The notes beneath the pieces are model-generated. The model was not told where the DNA came from. It saw nothing but the letters and a program-made list of their open reading frames with translations, and searched no databases. Source: Methylovulum sp. (lineage in GTDB: Bacteria; Pseudomonadota; Gammaproteobacteria; Methylococcales; Methylomonadaceae). Taken from it: a stretch of 64,000 nt of DNA. Location of the stretch: NCBI GenBank assembly GCA_028712695.1, contig JAQTQZ010000016.1:8678-72677 (forward strand). The letters run 5' to 3'. A program made the translations under genes and the position numbers. Shown here in pieces: positions 39,998 to 48,451 of the stretch. Within the stretch, counting starts at the first letter, position 1; the number at the start of each line of letters is the position of its first letter.

Positions 39998-42679
39998 TTA
40001 TTGCCTCAGATCTTTAGTTGCCCGAACGATTTCATTATTATCAGCCACCGTTTCTATACTGAAACCTAGTTTTTTGACCAATCCTAGCATGGCGGAGTTG
40101 GCACACAGAATTTCCGCTTCAAAAAATGTGATCCCTTTATCTTTTGCTGTTTGCATCAAGGTCTTCATAAGTTTGGAACCAATACCCAAGCATTGGCAAT
40201 CATCGGCGACAACCAAGGCAAATTCTGCCGAAAGCCCATCAGGATTTTTCATATATCGTCCCACGCCCAGTTCATTCGGCATATTTTTATCATCGCTTAT
40301 CGCAACAAACGCCATTTCTCGGTCGTAATCGATTTGCGTAAAACGCACAATCATTTCCGGTGTCAACTCGTGTAATGCTTGCATAAACCGGAAATATTTA
40401 GTGCGTTCAGATAACCGATGGACAAAATCTTTTTCTAATATGGCATCCTCGGGGCGTATCGGGCGGATTGTAATATTAGTGCCATTGATCAACTGATAAT
40501 GTTGGATTAGTTCGTGGGGATAAGGATGAATTGCCATGTGTGCGTAAGGGCTAAACTGATGTGATGTTTGCGCTTTAATCCGGGCATCCACCGCTATGGC
40601 GCCGTGTTCATCAACAATGAGCGGGTTAATATCCAGCTCTAAAATTTCCGGTAGTTCACTGACCATCGTCGAGACATTGAGCAACACGTCAACCAGCGCT
40701 TTTTTGTTGGTGGCGGGTAATTGGCGGAAGGCATGTAAATATTTGGCTGCTTTGGTTTTGGCAATCATTTGCTCAGCCATATAGGCATTGAGCGGGGGTA
40801 GTGCGACGGCACTGTCGTTGAGTATTTCCACCATTGTCCCGCCCAAGCCAAAGCTGATAGCCGGGCCAAACACCGGATCCCTGACTACCCCGATCATTAG
40901 TTCACGTCCGCTGGGTGATTTGAACATGGGTTCGACGGTCATGCCCACCTCTTTAATGTCAGGCTGAATTTGCCTGATCGCCGTTTCCATTTCGATGAAG
41001 TTGCGGGCAATATCCTGAACGCTATTGATATTTAACCGGACCCCGCCAATATCAGATTTATGACTGAATTCCGCCATATTAACTTTCAAGACTACCGGAA
41101 ATCCCAAGGTTTCGGCGGCAATCATCGCATCTTTGGCATTGGCGACTTTGATGGTTTGGGTGGTGGGAATATGGAAGGCGGCAAGAATGGCTTTGGACTC
41201 TTGCGTCGTCAAAATTTGGCGGCCTTCGGCAAGCACCCGTTCGATAATCAAGCGGGCTCCCGTGACATCAGGCATGGCCAGTTCAGCGCTGGGGGAGGGG
41301 ATTTGTTTGAGCAGGATTTGATTTTGCGTATAGTGGGTCAGAAATGAAAAGGCGTCAACGGCCACTTCCGGTGTGCTGAAATGTGCGACATTACTGTTGG
41401 CAAATAACTCACGGCCTTCCTGGACTTTTGCGCCGCCGGTCCATGAGGCCAACACCGGTTTTTTACTGGCTTTAGCGCCTTCGATGATACATTCGGCAAC
41501 TTGTGTTGGATTGGTCATGGCTTGCGGGGTCAAAATCACCAGCACGCCATCAATTTGACCATCATTAAGGCAGATTTCCAAGGCTTTTTGATAGCGGTCG
41601 GACGTGGCGTCACCCAAAATATCAATGGGATTGGCATGTGACCAATGCGCGGGTAGGACGGTGTTTAACGCCACAGTGCTGGCTGGGTTAAGTTCGGCCA
41701 TGTTGACCCCAACGTCTTCTGCCCGGTCGGTGCTCATCACGCCTGGGCCGCCGGCATTGGTGATAATCGCCAACCGGTTGCCGTTGACGACATAATTGTT
41801 TGCCAATACCCGCGCTGCCGAAAATAACTCTGTAATGCTGTAAGCACGCACAACACCGGCGCGGGCAATCGCGGCATCGAACACGCTATCGCCGCCGACC
41901 ATTGCGCCCGTATGCGACATGGCGGCTTTGCTGCCCGCTTCATGGCGACCGGATTTAATCAAAATAACAGGCTTTAATCGCGCAGCGGCTTTTAGTCCGC
42001 TTAAAAAACGGCGGGCATCGCGTATGCCTTCCACATACATTAAGATGCCTGTTGTTTGGCTGTCGGTTGCTAGATAATCCAATACTTCGCCAAAATCAAT
42101 ATCAGCGGCGGCACCCATAGACACGACGGTTGAAAAGCCAATGTCCTGCGCCTTGGCCCAATCTAAAATGGCCGTACATACTGCACCTGATTGTGATAAT
42201 AAGGCTAAGTTACCGTCTTTAACCGTACCATCGCCAAACGTTGCGTTGAGTTGCCCGCTTGGGCGAACCACGCCTAGGCAGTTCGGGCCGATAACGCGGA
42301 TGCCATAGCGGTGGGCAATATCCAACACTTCTTGTTGCAAGCGTTTGCCGTCATCGCCTAGTTCGCCAAAACCAGCGGTAATAATAATGATCGAACTCAC
42401 ACCTTTTTCACCACATTGGCGGACGAGGGCAGGTACAGTTACAGCGGGTGTGGCAATGACGACCAGATCTATGTCTTCAGGCACGGCATCCAAATTAGGG
42501 TAGGCTTTTAAACCTAATAATTCTTCGCGTTTGTTATTGACAGGGTACAGGCCACCTTTAAACCCTGCTTCTTGCATGTTCAGCAATAGCCGGTAACCGA
42601 CGCTTTCAGGGCGTTCGGACGCGCCAACAATGGCCACTGATTTAGGGGTAAAAAAGCGATTTAAATAATGGGGGCCCAT
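39998..42679 (-). CDS. Bifunctional acetate-CoA ligase-like / GNAT protein lysine acetyltransferase (Pat/PatZ type)
   Basis: VAIVGAS, GPNCLG, SQSGA, HKSDIGGV, IRPIRPED, TQIDYDREMA. Confidence 0.9.
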   Translation of the reverse strand: MGPHYLNRFFTPKSVAIVGASERPESVGYRLLLNMQEAGFKGGLYPVNNKREELLGLKAYPNLDAVPEDIDLVVIATPAVTVPALVRQCGEKGVSSIIIITAGFGELGDDGKRLQQEVLDIAHRYGIRVIGPNCLGVVRPSGQLNATFGDGTVKDGNLALLSQSGAVCTAILDWAKAQDIGFSTVVSMGAAADIDFGEVLDYLATDSQTTGILMYVEGIRDARRFLSGLKAAARLKPVILIKSGRHEAGSKAAMSHTGAMVGGDSVFDAAIARAGVVRAYSITELFSAARVLANNYVVNGNRLAIITNAGGPGVMSTDRAEDVGVNMAELNPASTVALNTVLPAHWSHANPIDILGDATSDRYQKALEICLNDGQIDGVLVILTPQAMTNPTQVAECIIEGAKASKKPVLASWTGGAKVQEGRELFANSNVAHFSTPEVAVDAFSFLTHYTQNQILLKQIPSPSAELAMPDVTGARLIIERVLAEGRQILTTQESKAILAAFHIPTTQTIKVANAKDAMIAAETLGFPVVLKVNMAEFSHKSDIGGVRLNINSVQDIARNFIEMETAIRQIQPDIKEVGMTVEPMFKSPSGRELMIGVVRDPVFGPAISFGLGGTMVEILNDSAVALPPLNAYMAEQMIAKTKAAKYLHAFRQLPATNKKALVDVLLNVSTMVSELPEILELDINPLIVDEHGAIAVDARIKAQTSHQFSPYAHMAIHPYPHELIQHYQLINGTNITIRPIRPEDAILEKDFVHRLSERTKYFRFMQALHELTPEMIVRFTQIDYDREMAFVAISDDKNMPNELGVGRYMKNPDGLSAEFALVVADDCQCLGIGSKLMKTLMQTAKDKGITFFEAEILCANSAMLGLVKKLGFSIETVADNNEIVRATKDLRQ

Positions 42680-43013
42680 AAATACTCCGTAAAAATAAAA
42701 AATTACTGAAGAGGTTAGCATTTTTGACGGACTGGCTGGATTAAATTTTAATGAATATGTTGGTAAGGCCGCTGTAAAGGAGGTTGCCGTAAATTAGCCC
42801 TTAGACTAAGGGACAGTTTTAGGTTTCCCTTTTCTTTAAGGGGGGCACGGAGGACGTTGTCGCTATGTGACAGGGCATGAAATTAAGTTAGCCAGCATGC
42901 TGGATAGGTTGTAGCAATAGGGTTTGCGGTATACTGTCATGAAACATTGTCGCTGACGGTGGCTAGATGTTAACTTTTTATCGGTATGGTTAATTTAGTA
43001 AGGCGGCTTGAGG

Positions 43014-43646
43014 ATGAATGCTAAAAAACGGTTGGAAATTTTCGAGCGGCTGGCTGTAGCCATCCCCGAACCGACCACCGAATTAAATTACCGCACCACG
43101 TTTGAGTTGTTGGTTGCGGTTGTTTTATCCGCCCAAGCAACGGATAAAGGGGTCAATAAGGCGACAGCCCGCTTGTTCCCTATTGCCAATACACCGGCAG
43201 CAATAGTGGCGCTAGGGTTGGAAGGCTTAAAGGAATACATTAAAACCATTGGTCTGTTTAACAGTAAGGCGGCCAATATCATTACGCTCTGTAGGCAATT
43301 GCTCGATAGCCACGCAGGGCAAGTTCCGGAAACCCGTGCCGAGTTGGAGGCTTTGGCCGGAGTCGGCAGAAAAACCGCCAATGTGCTTTTGAATACGGCG
43401 TTTGGCCAACCGACGATAGCGGTAGACACCCACATTTTTAGAGTGTCCAACCGTACCGGCATAGCGCCCGGTAAAAATGTCCTGCAAGTGGAACAAAAAC
43501 TCGATAAATGGGTGCCCAAACCGTATAAGAAAGATGCCCATCATTTACTGATACTGCATGGCCGCTATGTGTGTACAGCGAGGCAGCCGAAGTGTCGGCA
43601 CTGTGCCATTGAAGAGTTGTGTGAATTTCAGGAAAAAAGCCTTTGA
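43014..43646 (+). CDS. nth: Endonuclease III
   Basis: LLVAVVLSAQATD, GVGRKTANV, VDTHIFRV, CTARQPKCRHCAIEELC FeS motif. Confidence 0.96.
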   Translation: MNAKKRLEIFERLAVAIPEPTTELNYRTTFELLVAVVLSAQATDKGVNKATARLFPIANTPAAIVALGLEGLKEYIKTIGLFNSKAANIITLCRQLLDSHAGQVPETRAELEALAGVGRKTANVLLNTAFGQPTIAVDTHIFRVSNRTGIAPGKNVLQVEQKLDKWVPKPYKKDAHHLLILHGRYVCTARQPKCRHCAIEELCEFQEKSL

Positions 43647-43784
43647 TGCCTTAGTCCAACTAATTTCCACCGCCTGCAGATTCCAGAACTTTTGCTTGTT
43701 TTACAACGTCGAAGAGGTTGTAATTTTTTTGAACACCAGTATATTTACCTTTCATTCAGACGGGTCTGCTACCATAACCCTCTT

Positions 43785-43809
43785 GTCCAATACATCAGAT
43801 GTATTGGAC
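43785..43809. promoter_or_regulatory. 25-bp palindrome (candidate operator)
   Basis: GTCCAATACATC-A-GATGTATTGGAC, ending 31 bp before the RiPP precursor ATG. Confidence 0.5.
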
Positions 43810-43840
43810 TTTTACAACACAAACCCTTTAGGAAAGCACA

Positions 43841-44509
43841 ATGAAAAAAATTAACAGAACACCTTTAGCGGCTGCCGTAGGCGTCGCATTTATTTCGACT
43901 TTTGCAAATGCTGCGGCTAATGCCGAAGTTAATCCATTTGGCATGACTGAGTTGTCCAGTGGTTATATGCAATTGGCCGAAGCGGGTAAGGCTGCTGAAA
44001 TGGCCTGTGGCGCATCCATGAATATGGATAAACCAGCAAAAACAGCAGAAGGTGCATGCGCGGGCAATAAAAAACCAGCAACTGCAGCGGCTACGGCTAA
44101 AACCGCTGAAGGCAAATGCGGCGATATGATGGCAGGCGACAAGATGAAAAAAGGTATGGAATCAGCCTGTGGCGCCATGATGAAAGGTAAAGAAGGTGCT
44201 TGCGGTGCCATGCAAGCAGGCGAAGAGATGAAAGGTAAAGAAGGTGCTTGTGGCGCTGGCATGAAAATGCCTGAAGGCAAATGTGGCGACCAATGCGGCG
44301 AGCAAATGAAAAACTGCCCAGACGTAAAAGCTAAAGAAGGCAACTGCGGTGCGCAAATGAAAGGTTGCGGCGAAGGCATGCAAGGTTGCGGCGAAATGAT
44401 GAAAGGCAAAGAAGGTGCTTGTGCAGCGAATAAAGCCACGCCTGCAACATCAGCAAAACCAGCTGTGCCGGCAGTTCCTGCAGTGCCCGTGGTACCCGCT
44501 AAAAAATAA
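43841..44509 (+). CDS. HvfA/BufA2-like RiPP precursor (oxazolin/bufferin type)
   Basis: Signal peptide, NPFGMTELSSGYMQLA motif, repeated EG(K/A/N)CG units, 13 Cys, 21 Met; directly upstream of DUF692. Confidence 0.85.
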   Translation: MKKINRTPLAAAVGVAFISTFANAAANAEVNPFGMTELSSGYMQLAEAGKAAEMACGASMNMDKPAKTAEGACAGNKKPATAAATAKTAEGKCGDMMAGDKMKKGMESACGAMMKGKEGACGAMQAGEEMKGKEGACGAGMKMPEGKCGDQCGEQMKNCPDVKAKEGNCGAQMKGCGEGMQGCGEMMKGKEGACAANKATPATSAKPAVPAVPAVPVVPAKK

Positions 44510-44597
44510 GCAGTAGCTTTTTATTTCTTAAAGATTTAAGGGGGCGTGGCTTCACGCTCTCTTTTCCCTCCTGATTAACTTATTCACAGGTGTTCTC

Positions 44598-45446
44598 ATG
44601 GACACAAACCAAAATCTTGTCCACGGCGCGGGCTTAGGTCTGCGGCGTTCCTTTTTAAACCAAATTGTTGATATGCCACCTGCGGTCGGTTTTTATGAAG
44701 TTGCCCCAGAAAATTGGATCACCCTTGGTGGCAGGTTAGGCAAACAGTTTAGGGCGATGACGGAGCGGTTCGATTTTGTCTGTCATGGCTTGTCATTGTC
44801 ATTAGGTAGCACCGATCCGCTGGACGAGGCGTTTGTCCGTGCCGTCAAGCAATTCATGCGCGACCATCAAATTAAGTTTTACAGCGAACACCTCAGTTAT
44901 TGCAGCAAAGACGGGCATTTGTACGACTTGATGCCTATTCCGTTCACCACCGAGGCAGTTAGCCATGTTGCCGCCCGTATCCGTCGTGTCCAGGATATTC
45001 TCGAGCAAAAAATCGCGATCGAAAACGTTTCTTATTACGCTGCGCCCGGCCAGGAAATGGCTGAGATTGATTTTTTCAACGCGGTTATTGCGGAAGCTGA
45101 TTGCGATATTTTAATCGACATTAACAATATTTATGTCAACAGTGTCAATCATGGTTATGATGCCGAAGCTTTTTTAAAGGCGGTGCCGGCGCAGCGTATT
45201 GCTTACGCGCATATTGCCGGGCATTATGTGGAGGCGGAAGATTTTCTGGTCGATACCCACGGTGCCGAGATTATTGATCCGGTCTGGAAATTGTTAGGCA
45301 AGGCTTACGAGCTTTACGGTGTGTTTCCTACCTTGCTGGAGCGGGATTTTAATATTCCGGCAATGACCGAACTGATGCGCGAAGTCAATACCATTAAGAC
45401 AATACAGCAGGCGTGGCATCAGCAGCATGCCCAGCAATCAGCTTGA
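44598..45446 (+). CDS. Multinuclear non-heme iron-dependent oxidase (DUF692, HvfB/MbnB family)
   Basis: GLGLRR, EVAPENW, HGLSLSLGS, SEHLSY, IENVSYY, DINNIYVNS, HIAGH, DTHG, LLERD. Confidence 0.92.
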   Translation: MDTNQNLVHGAGLGLRRSFLNQIVDMPPAVGFYEVAPENWITLGGRLGKQFRAMTERFDFVCHGLSLSLGSTDPLDEAFVRAVKQFMRDHQIKFYSEHLSYCSKDGHLYDLMPIPFTTEAVSHVAARIRRVQDILEQKIAIENVSYYAAPGQEMAEIDFFNAVIAEADCDILIDINNIYVNSVNHGYDAEAFLKAVPAQRIAYAHIAGHYVEAEDFLVDTHGAEIIDPVWKLLGKAYELYGVFPTLLERDFNIPAMTELMREVNTIKTIQQAWHQQHAQQSA

Positions 45447-46214
45447 ATGACGACGCTTATGAAAATCGATTTTAACGCCAAGCAGCGCGAATTTGCCGCC
45501 TATATTAGGGATCCTTACCATAATCCGGCACCAACCGATGCCAATGTGCAGCGCATGGCGATGTATCGGGAGCTTTTTTTTAATAATATCAACAGCTTCT
45601 TGTCCAGCAATTTCCCCGTTTTGCATGCAATACTTGATGACCAACAATGGTTCGAGCTGGTGCAGGATTTTTTTGCCAGACATCCGTGCAAATCACCGTA
45701 TTTTTCGGAAATACCCGAAGAATTTCTGGATTTTTTGCAAAATGAGCGTGACAACGCCGCCGATTTGCCGTTTATGTTGGAGCTTGCCCATTATGAATGG
45801 GTGGAAATGGCGTTATCCATCGCCCGGGAAGAACTGGTTGCCAATCAGGAAATAGGTACTGACCTGCTGGAGCGGCGCATCCGGTTGTCGCCGTTAGCTT
45901 GGCCTTTGGCCTATCAATACCCAGTCCATAAAATAGCACCTGCTTTTTTACCTACCGTGGCTCCAGCACAGCCGACTTTTCTGATCGTTTATCGCGATCC
46001 TCAGGATGACGTGAATTTTCTGGAAATTACGCCGATGACGTACCGGTTGTTGGAAATCCTTCAAGAGCAGGAAGGGCTTTTGACCGCAACATACTTAGAA
46101 CAAGTCGCAGTGGAAATGCAACATCCAAGTCCGGATACAGTTATTGCAGGGGGGTTAAAAATACTTCAGGAGCTGGCAGAAAAAATGATTATTAGCCTAT
46201 GCAAAGTCGAGTAA
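45447..46214 (+). CDS. MNIO partner protein (DUF2063, HvfC-like)
   Basis: FAAYIRDP, RMAMYRELFFNN, FLDFL, ELAHYEWVE, YPVHKI. Confidence 0.88.
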   Translation: MTTLMKIDFNAKQREFAAYIRDPYHNPAPTDANVQRMAMYRELFFNNINSFLSSNFPVLHAILDDQQWFELVQDFFARHPCKSPYFSEIPEEFLDFLQNERDNAADLPFMLELAHYEWVEMALSIAREELVANQEIGTDLLERRIRLSPLAWPLAYQYPVHKIAPAFLPTVAPAQPTFLIVYRDPQDDVNFLEITPMTYRLLEILQEQEGLLTATYLEQVAVEMQHPSPDTVIAGGLKILQELAEKMIISLCKVE

Positions 46215-46258
46215 GTTTTTTAACTTCTATTTGGGCTAAAGCTGATGGACGATTATAT

Positions 46259-46292
46259 AAAAAAGCCCCGATAGTTGTATTGGGGCTTTTTT
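46259..46292. terminator. Bidirectional rho-independent terminator
   Basis: AAAAAAGCCCC...GGGGCTTTTTT. Confidence 0.75.
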
Positions 46293-46311
46293 ATTTAACC
46301 TAAAACAATGA

Positions 46312-46860
46312 TTAAATTTTACCGTCCAAGCCCATTTGGAAATATTTATGGGTGATTTTATCTTGGTTTTCCAATAACCAGTCAATGCCAGGTTCATTGT
46401 TCATCGCTTTATGAATGGCCAAAGCGGTGGCCTTGCGGTGTATATCAAACAAAATTTGATGATCTAAATTATCATCGGTAGCAACACTTGGGTTTAACCA
46501 GACTGAGCAAATAATGCCTAAGTCATTGGCTTTTCCTTTAGGAATATCACCTGCCCGCACCGCATCTAAAACGCCGTTGGCAATTGCCGCCTGCACCGTA
46601 CCCATGAGGATGTTGGTGTAACGGGAATTATTGACGGTCACTTTACTGACCATTAAGGTCACTGGACGGACTTGAATATCCGTATTTAAAATAGCAAAAA
46701 CTTTCGAATGCCCTTTAGTTTGGCTGCCTGTTAAAGTCGCCAAGGCAGTGCCGACAGGACCGTCCAGTTCACCGATAATAATTTCAGGTTCAGCCGCAGT
46801 CCCGGGTGGGCCGCCAGCAACTAATGCTTCACCGGTGCGTAAAATAATTCGTCCACTCAT
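46312..46860 (-). CDS. fae: Formaldehyde-activating enzyme homolog
   Basis: GEALVAGG, EPEIIIG, GPVGTA, QTKGHS, VRPVTLMVSKV, QAAIANGVLDAV. Confidence 0.8.
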   Translation of the reverse strand: MSGRIILRTGEALVAGGPPGTAAEPEIIIGELDGPVGTALATLTGSQTKGHSKVFAILNTDIQVRPVTLMVSKVTVNNSRYTNILMGTVQAAIANGVLDAVRAGDIPKGKANDLGIICSVWLNPSVATDDNLDHQILFDIHRKATALAIHKAMNNEPGIDWLLENQDKITHKYFQMGLDGKI

Positions 46861-47096
46861 TTTTATCTCCAAAGAGGTTATACAAAAAACAATTTGTTGA
46901 AAGCGCTATCAACAAAGCCGTTGCGACGAAAAGCCGACAGTGCCAGACAAATCAACCACGATGATAAACTAACCCTCTGATGGGGACAAGGCAAGGTGGC
47001 GTGTCAATTGACAGGCAAGTTTTTCAGGTGATAAGCAAGTGGAGGCACGCCGTACAAGGCGCTCATGGCCTGTTGTAAAGCAAAAATTTTATCAGC

Positions 47097-47726
47097 TTAA
47101 AAACACGATGATTTTTTAGCGATGACATTCCAGGCAATCAACCATGTTTGTGATTGATAGGCGCTGGCATTTTTATCCAGTGTGCCGGTTAGAACCATGT
47201 TCAAGGTGGCATTGATAATGCCAAAAAAATAGCTATAAGCGAGTAGGGAATCAATGTTGCGGATTTCTCCTGATTTAATCCCTGATTGGATGATTTTGAT
47301 TATTTTTGAGAAGGCGGGGGTTTCAAGCAAAGGTTTTTGTGTGGGGAGGAACTCGTTGGTATTAGTGGTTAGCAAAAACTGCATGATGTAAGGGGCATCG
47401 TCAGTCAGTTTGAAAAACAAATCGACAATGCCATGCAGTTGTTCCGATGCTTTTTGGTTTCTGCGCCTTATGTCGTCGACTGAAATGTTCAGGTTATCGA
47501 GTATGCTTTCATAGAGTCTGGATGCAATTGCCTGTTTATTGGGAAAATGCTGGTAAAGGCTCGTAAGGGTTGTAAGTTCAGCAGCGTTTGCAATATCGGT
47601 TAGCGAGGTGTTGAAATAGCCTTTTTTGGCAAATAACTTAAGTGCCGCCAGCAATATTTCATTGGGAATATCAGATTTTATCCGAAGAGTTTCTTTTTCT
47701 TGTTCCATTTTATTTTTCACAGCCAA
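47097..47726 (-). CDS. TetR/AcrR family transcriptional regulator
   Basis: ILLAALKLFAKKGYFNTSLTDIA...LYQHFPNK helix-turn-helix. Confidence 0.85.
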   Translation of the reverse strand: MAVKNKMEQEKETLRIKSDIPNEILLAALKLFAKKGYFNTSLTDIANAAELTTLTSLYQHFPNKQAIASRLYESILDNLNISVDDIRRRNQKASEQLHGIVDLFFKLTDDAPYIMQFLLTTNTNEFLPTQKPLLETPAFSKIIKIIQSGIKSGEIRNIDSLLAYSYFFGIINATLNMVLTGTLDKNASAYQSQTWLIAWNVIAKKSSCF

Positions 47727-47887
47727 TTCACTGGGCTGTATCTCGTAATGTTAGTTAAATTAAGGTGTTAATTTCAATAGACCTTAATTTTTATAGAATT
47801 TATTACGGCACAAAAACCGCTTATTAGGCTTCTGTACCCGCCAATAAGGGGTAAAAAACACCAAGTTCTGATTAGATAATTTTATTG

Positions 47888-48451
47888 TTATTTTTCTTTA
47901 ATAACGGCTAAAGCGGCACTTAAGTAATTAATCATAGACCATAGCGTTAATATTGCCGCAACATACAGCAACCCATAACCGATTGCGTTGACAGGGATGC
48001 CAAACAAATCGTTACGGAATAACAGCATGCCAATCGATACCATTTGCGCACTGGTTTTCCATTTAGCCAGTTGGGACACTTTAACAGTGGCCCGTTGACC
48101 TAGCTCTGCCATCCATTCCCTTAATGAGGCAATCGTTATTTCTCTGCCGATGATAATAGCGGCAGGGATGGCCAAATACATGGAACCCTGTTGTTGGACG
48201 ACTAAAACCAATACACAGGCAACCATCAATTTATCGGCTACAGGATCCAAAAAAGCCCCAAAAGGGGTTTCCAGCTGCATTTTTCTCGCAAGATAACCAT
48301 CCAGCCAATCAGTAAAGCCGGCCAGGATAAAAATCAGCGTGCATGCCAAGTTTGAATATTCCCAAGGCAAGTAGAACACCACGGTCAATAAAGGTATTAA
48401 CGCGATTCTTAACAGCGTGATGTTGGTAGGTAAATTAAAGTCAATTGTCAT
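47888..48451 (-). CDS. pgsA: Phosphatidylglycerophosphate synthase
   Basis: NLPTNITLLR, TDWLDGYLAR, DPVADKL, IIGREI, KWKT. Confidence 0.95.
   Translation of the reverse strand: MTIDFNLPTNITLLRIALIPLLTVVFYLPWEYSNLACTLIFILAGFTDWLDGYLARKMQLETPFGAFLDPVADKLMVACVLVLVVQQQGSMYLAIPAAIIIGREITIASLREWMAELGQRATVKVSQLAKWKTSAQMVSIGMLLFRNDLFGIPVNAIGYGLLYVAAILTLWSMINYLSAALAVIKEK

Noticed and set aside
42797-42856. CCCTT...AAGGG hairpins upstream of nth resembling a decayed palindromic repeat
   Set aside because: Single degenerate copy with no TIR/TSD; cannot be supported
44170-44425. Short direct repeats that could suggest a CRISPR array
   Set aside because: They are in-frame coding repeats of the RiPP precursor with irregular spacing, and no cas genes are present
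47727-47887. Possible tRNA after pgsA
   Set aside because: No cloverleaf, T-loop (GTTCGA) or CCA end visible
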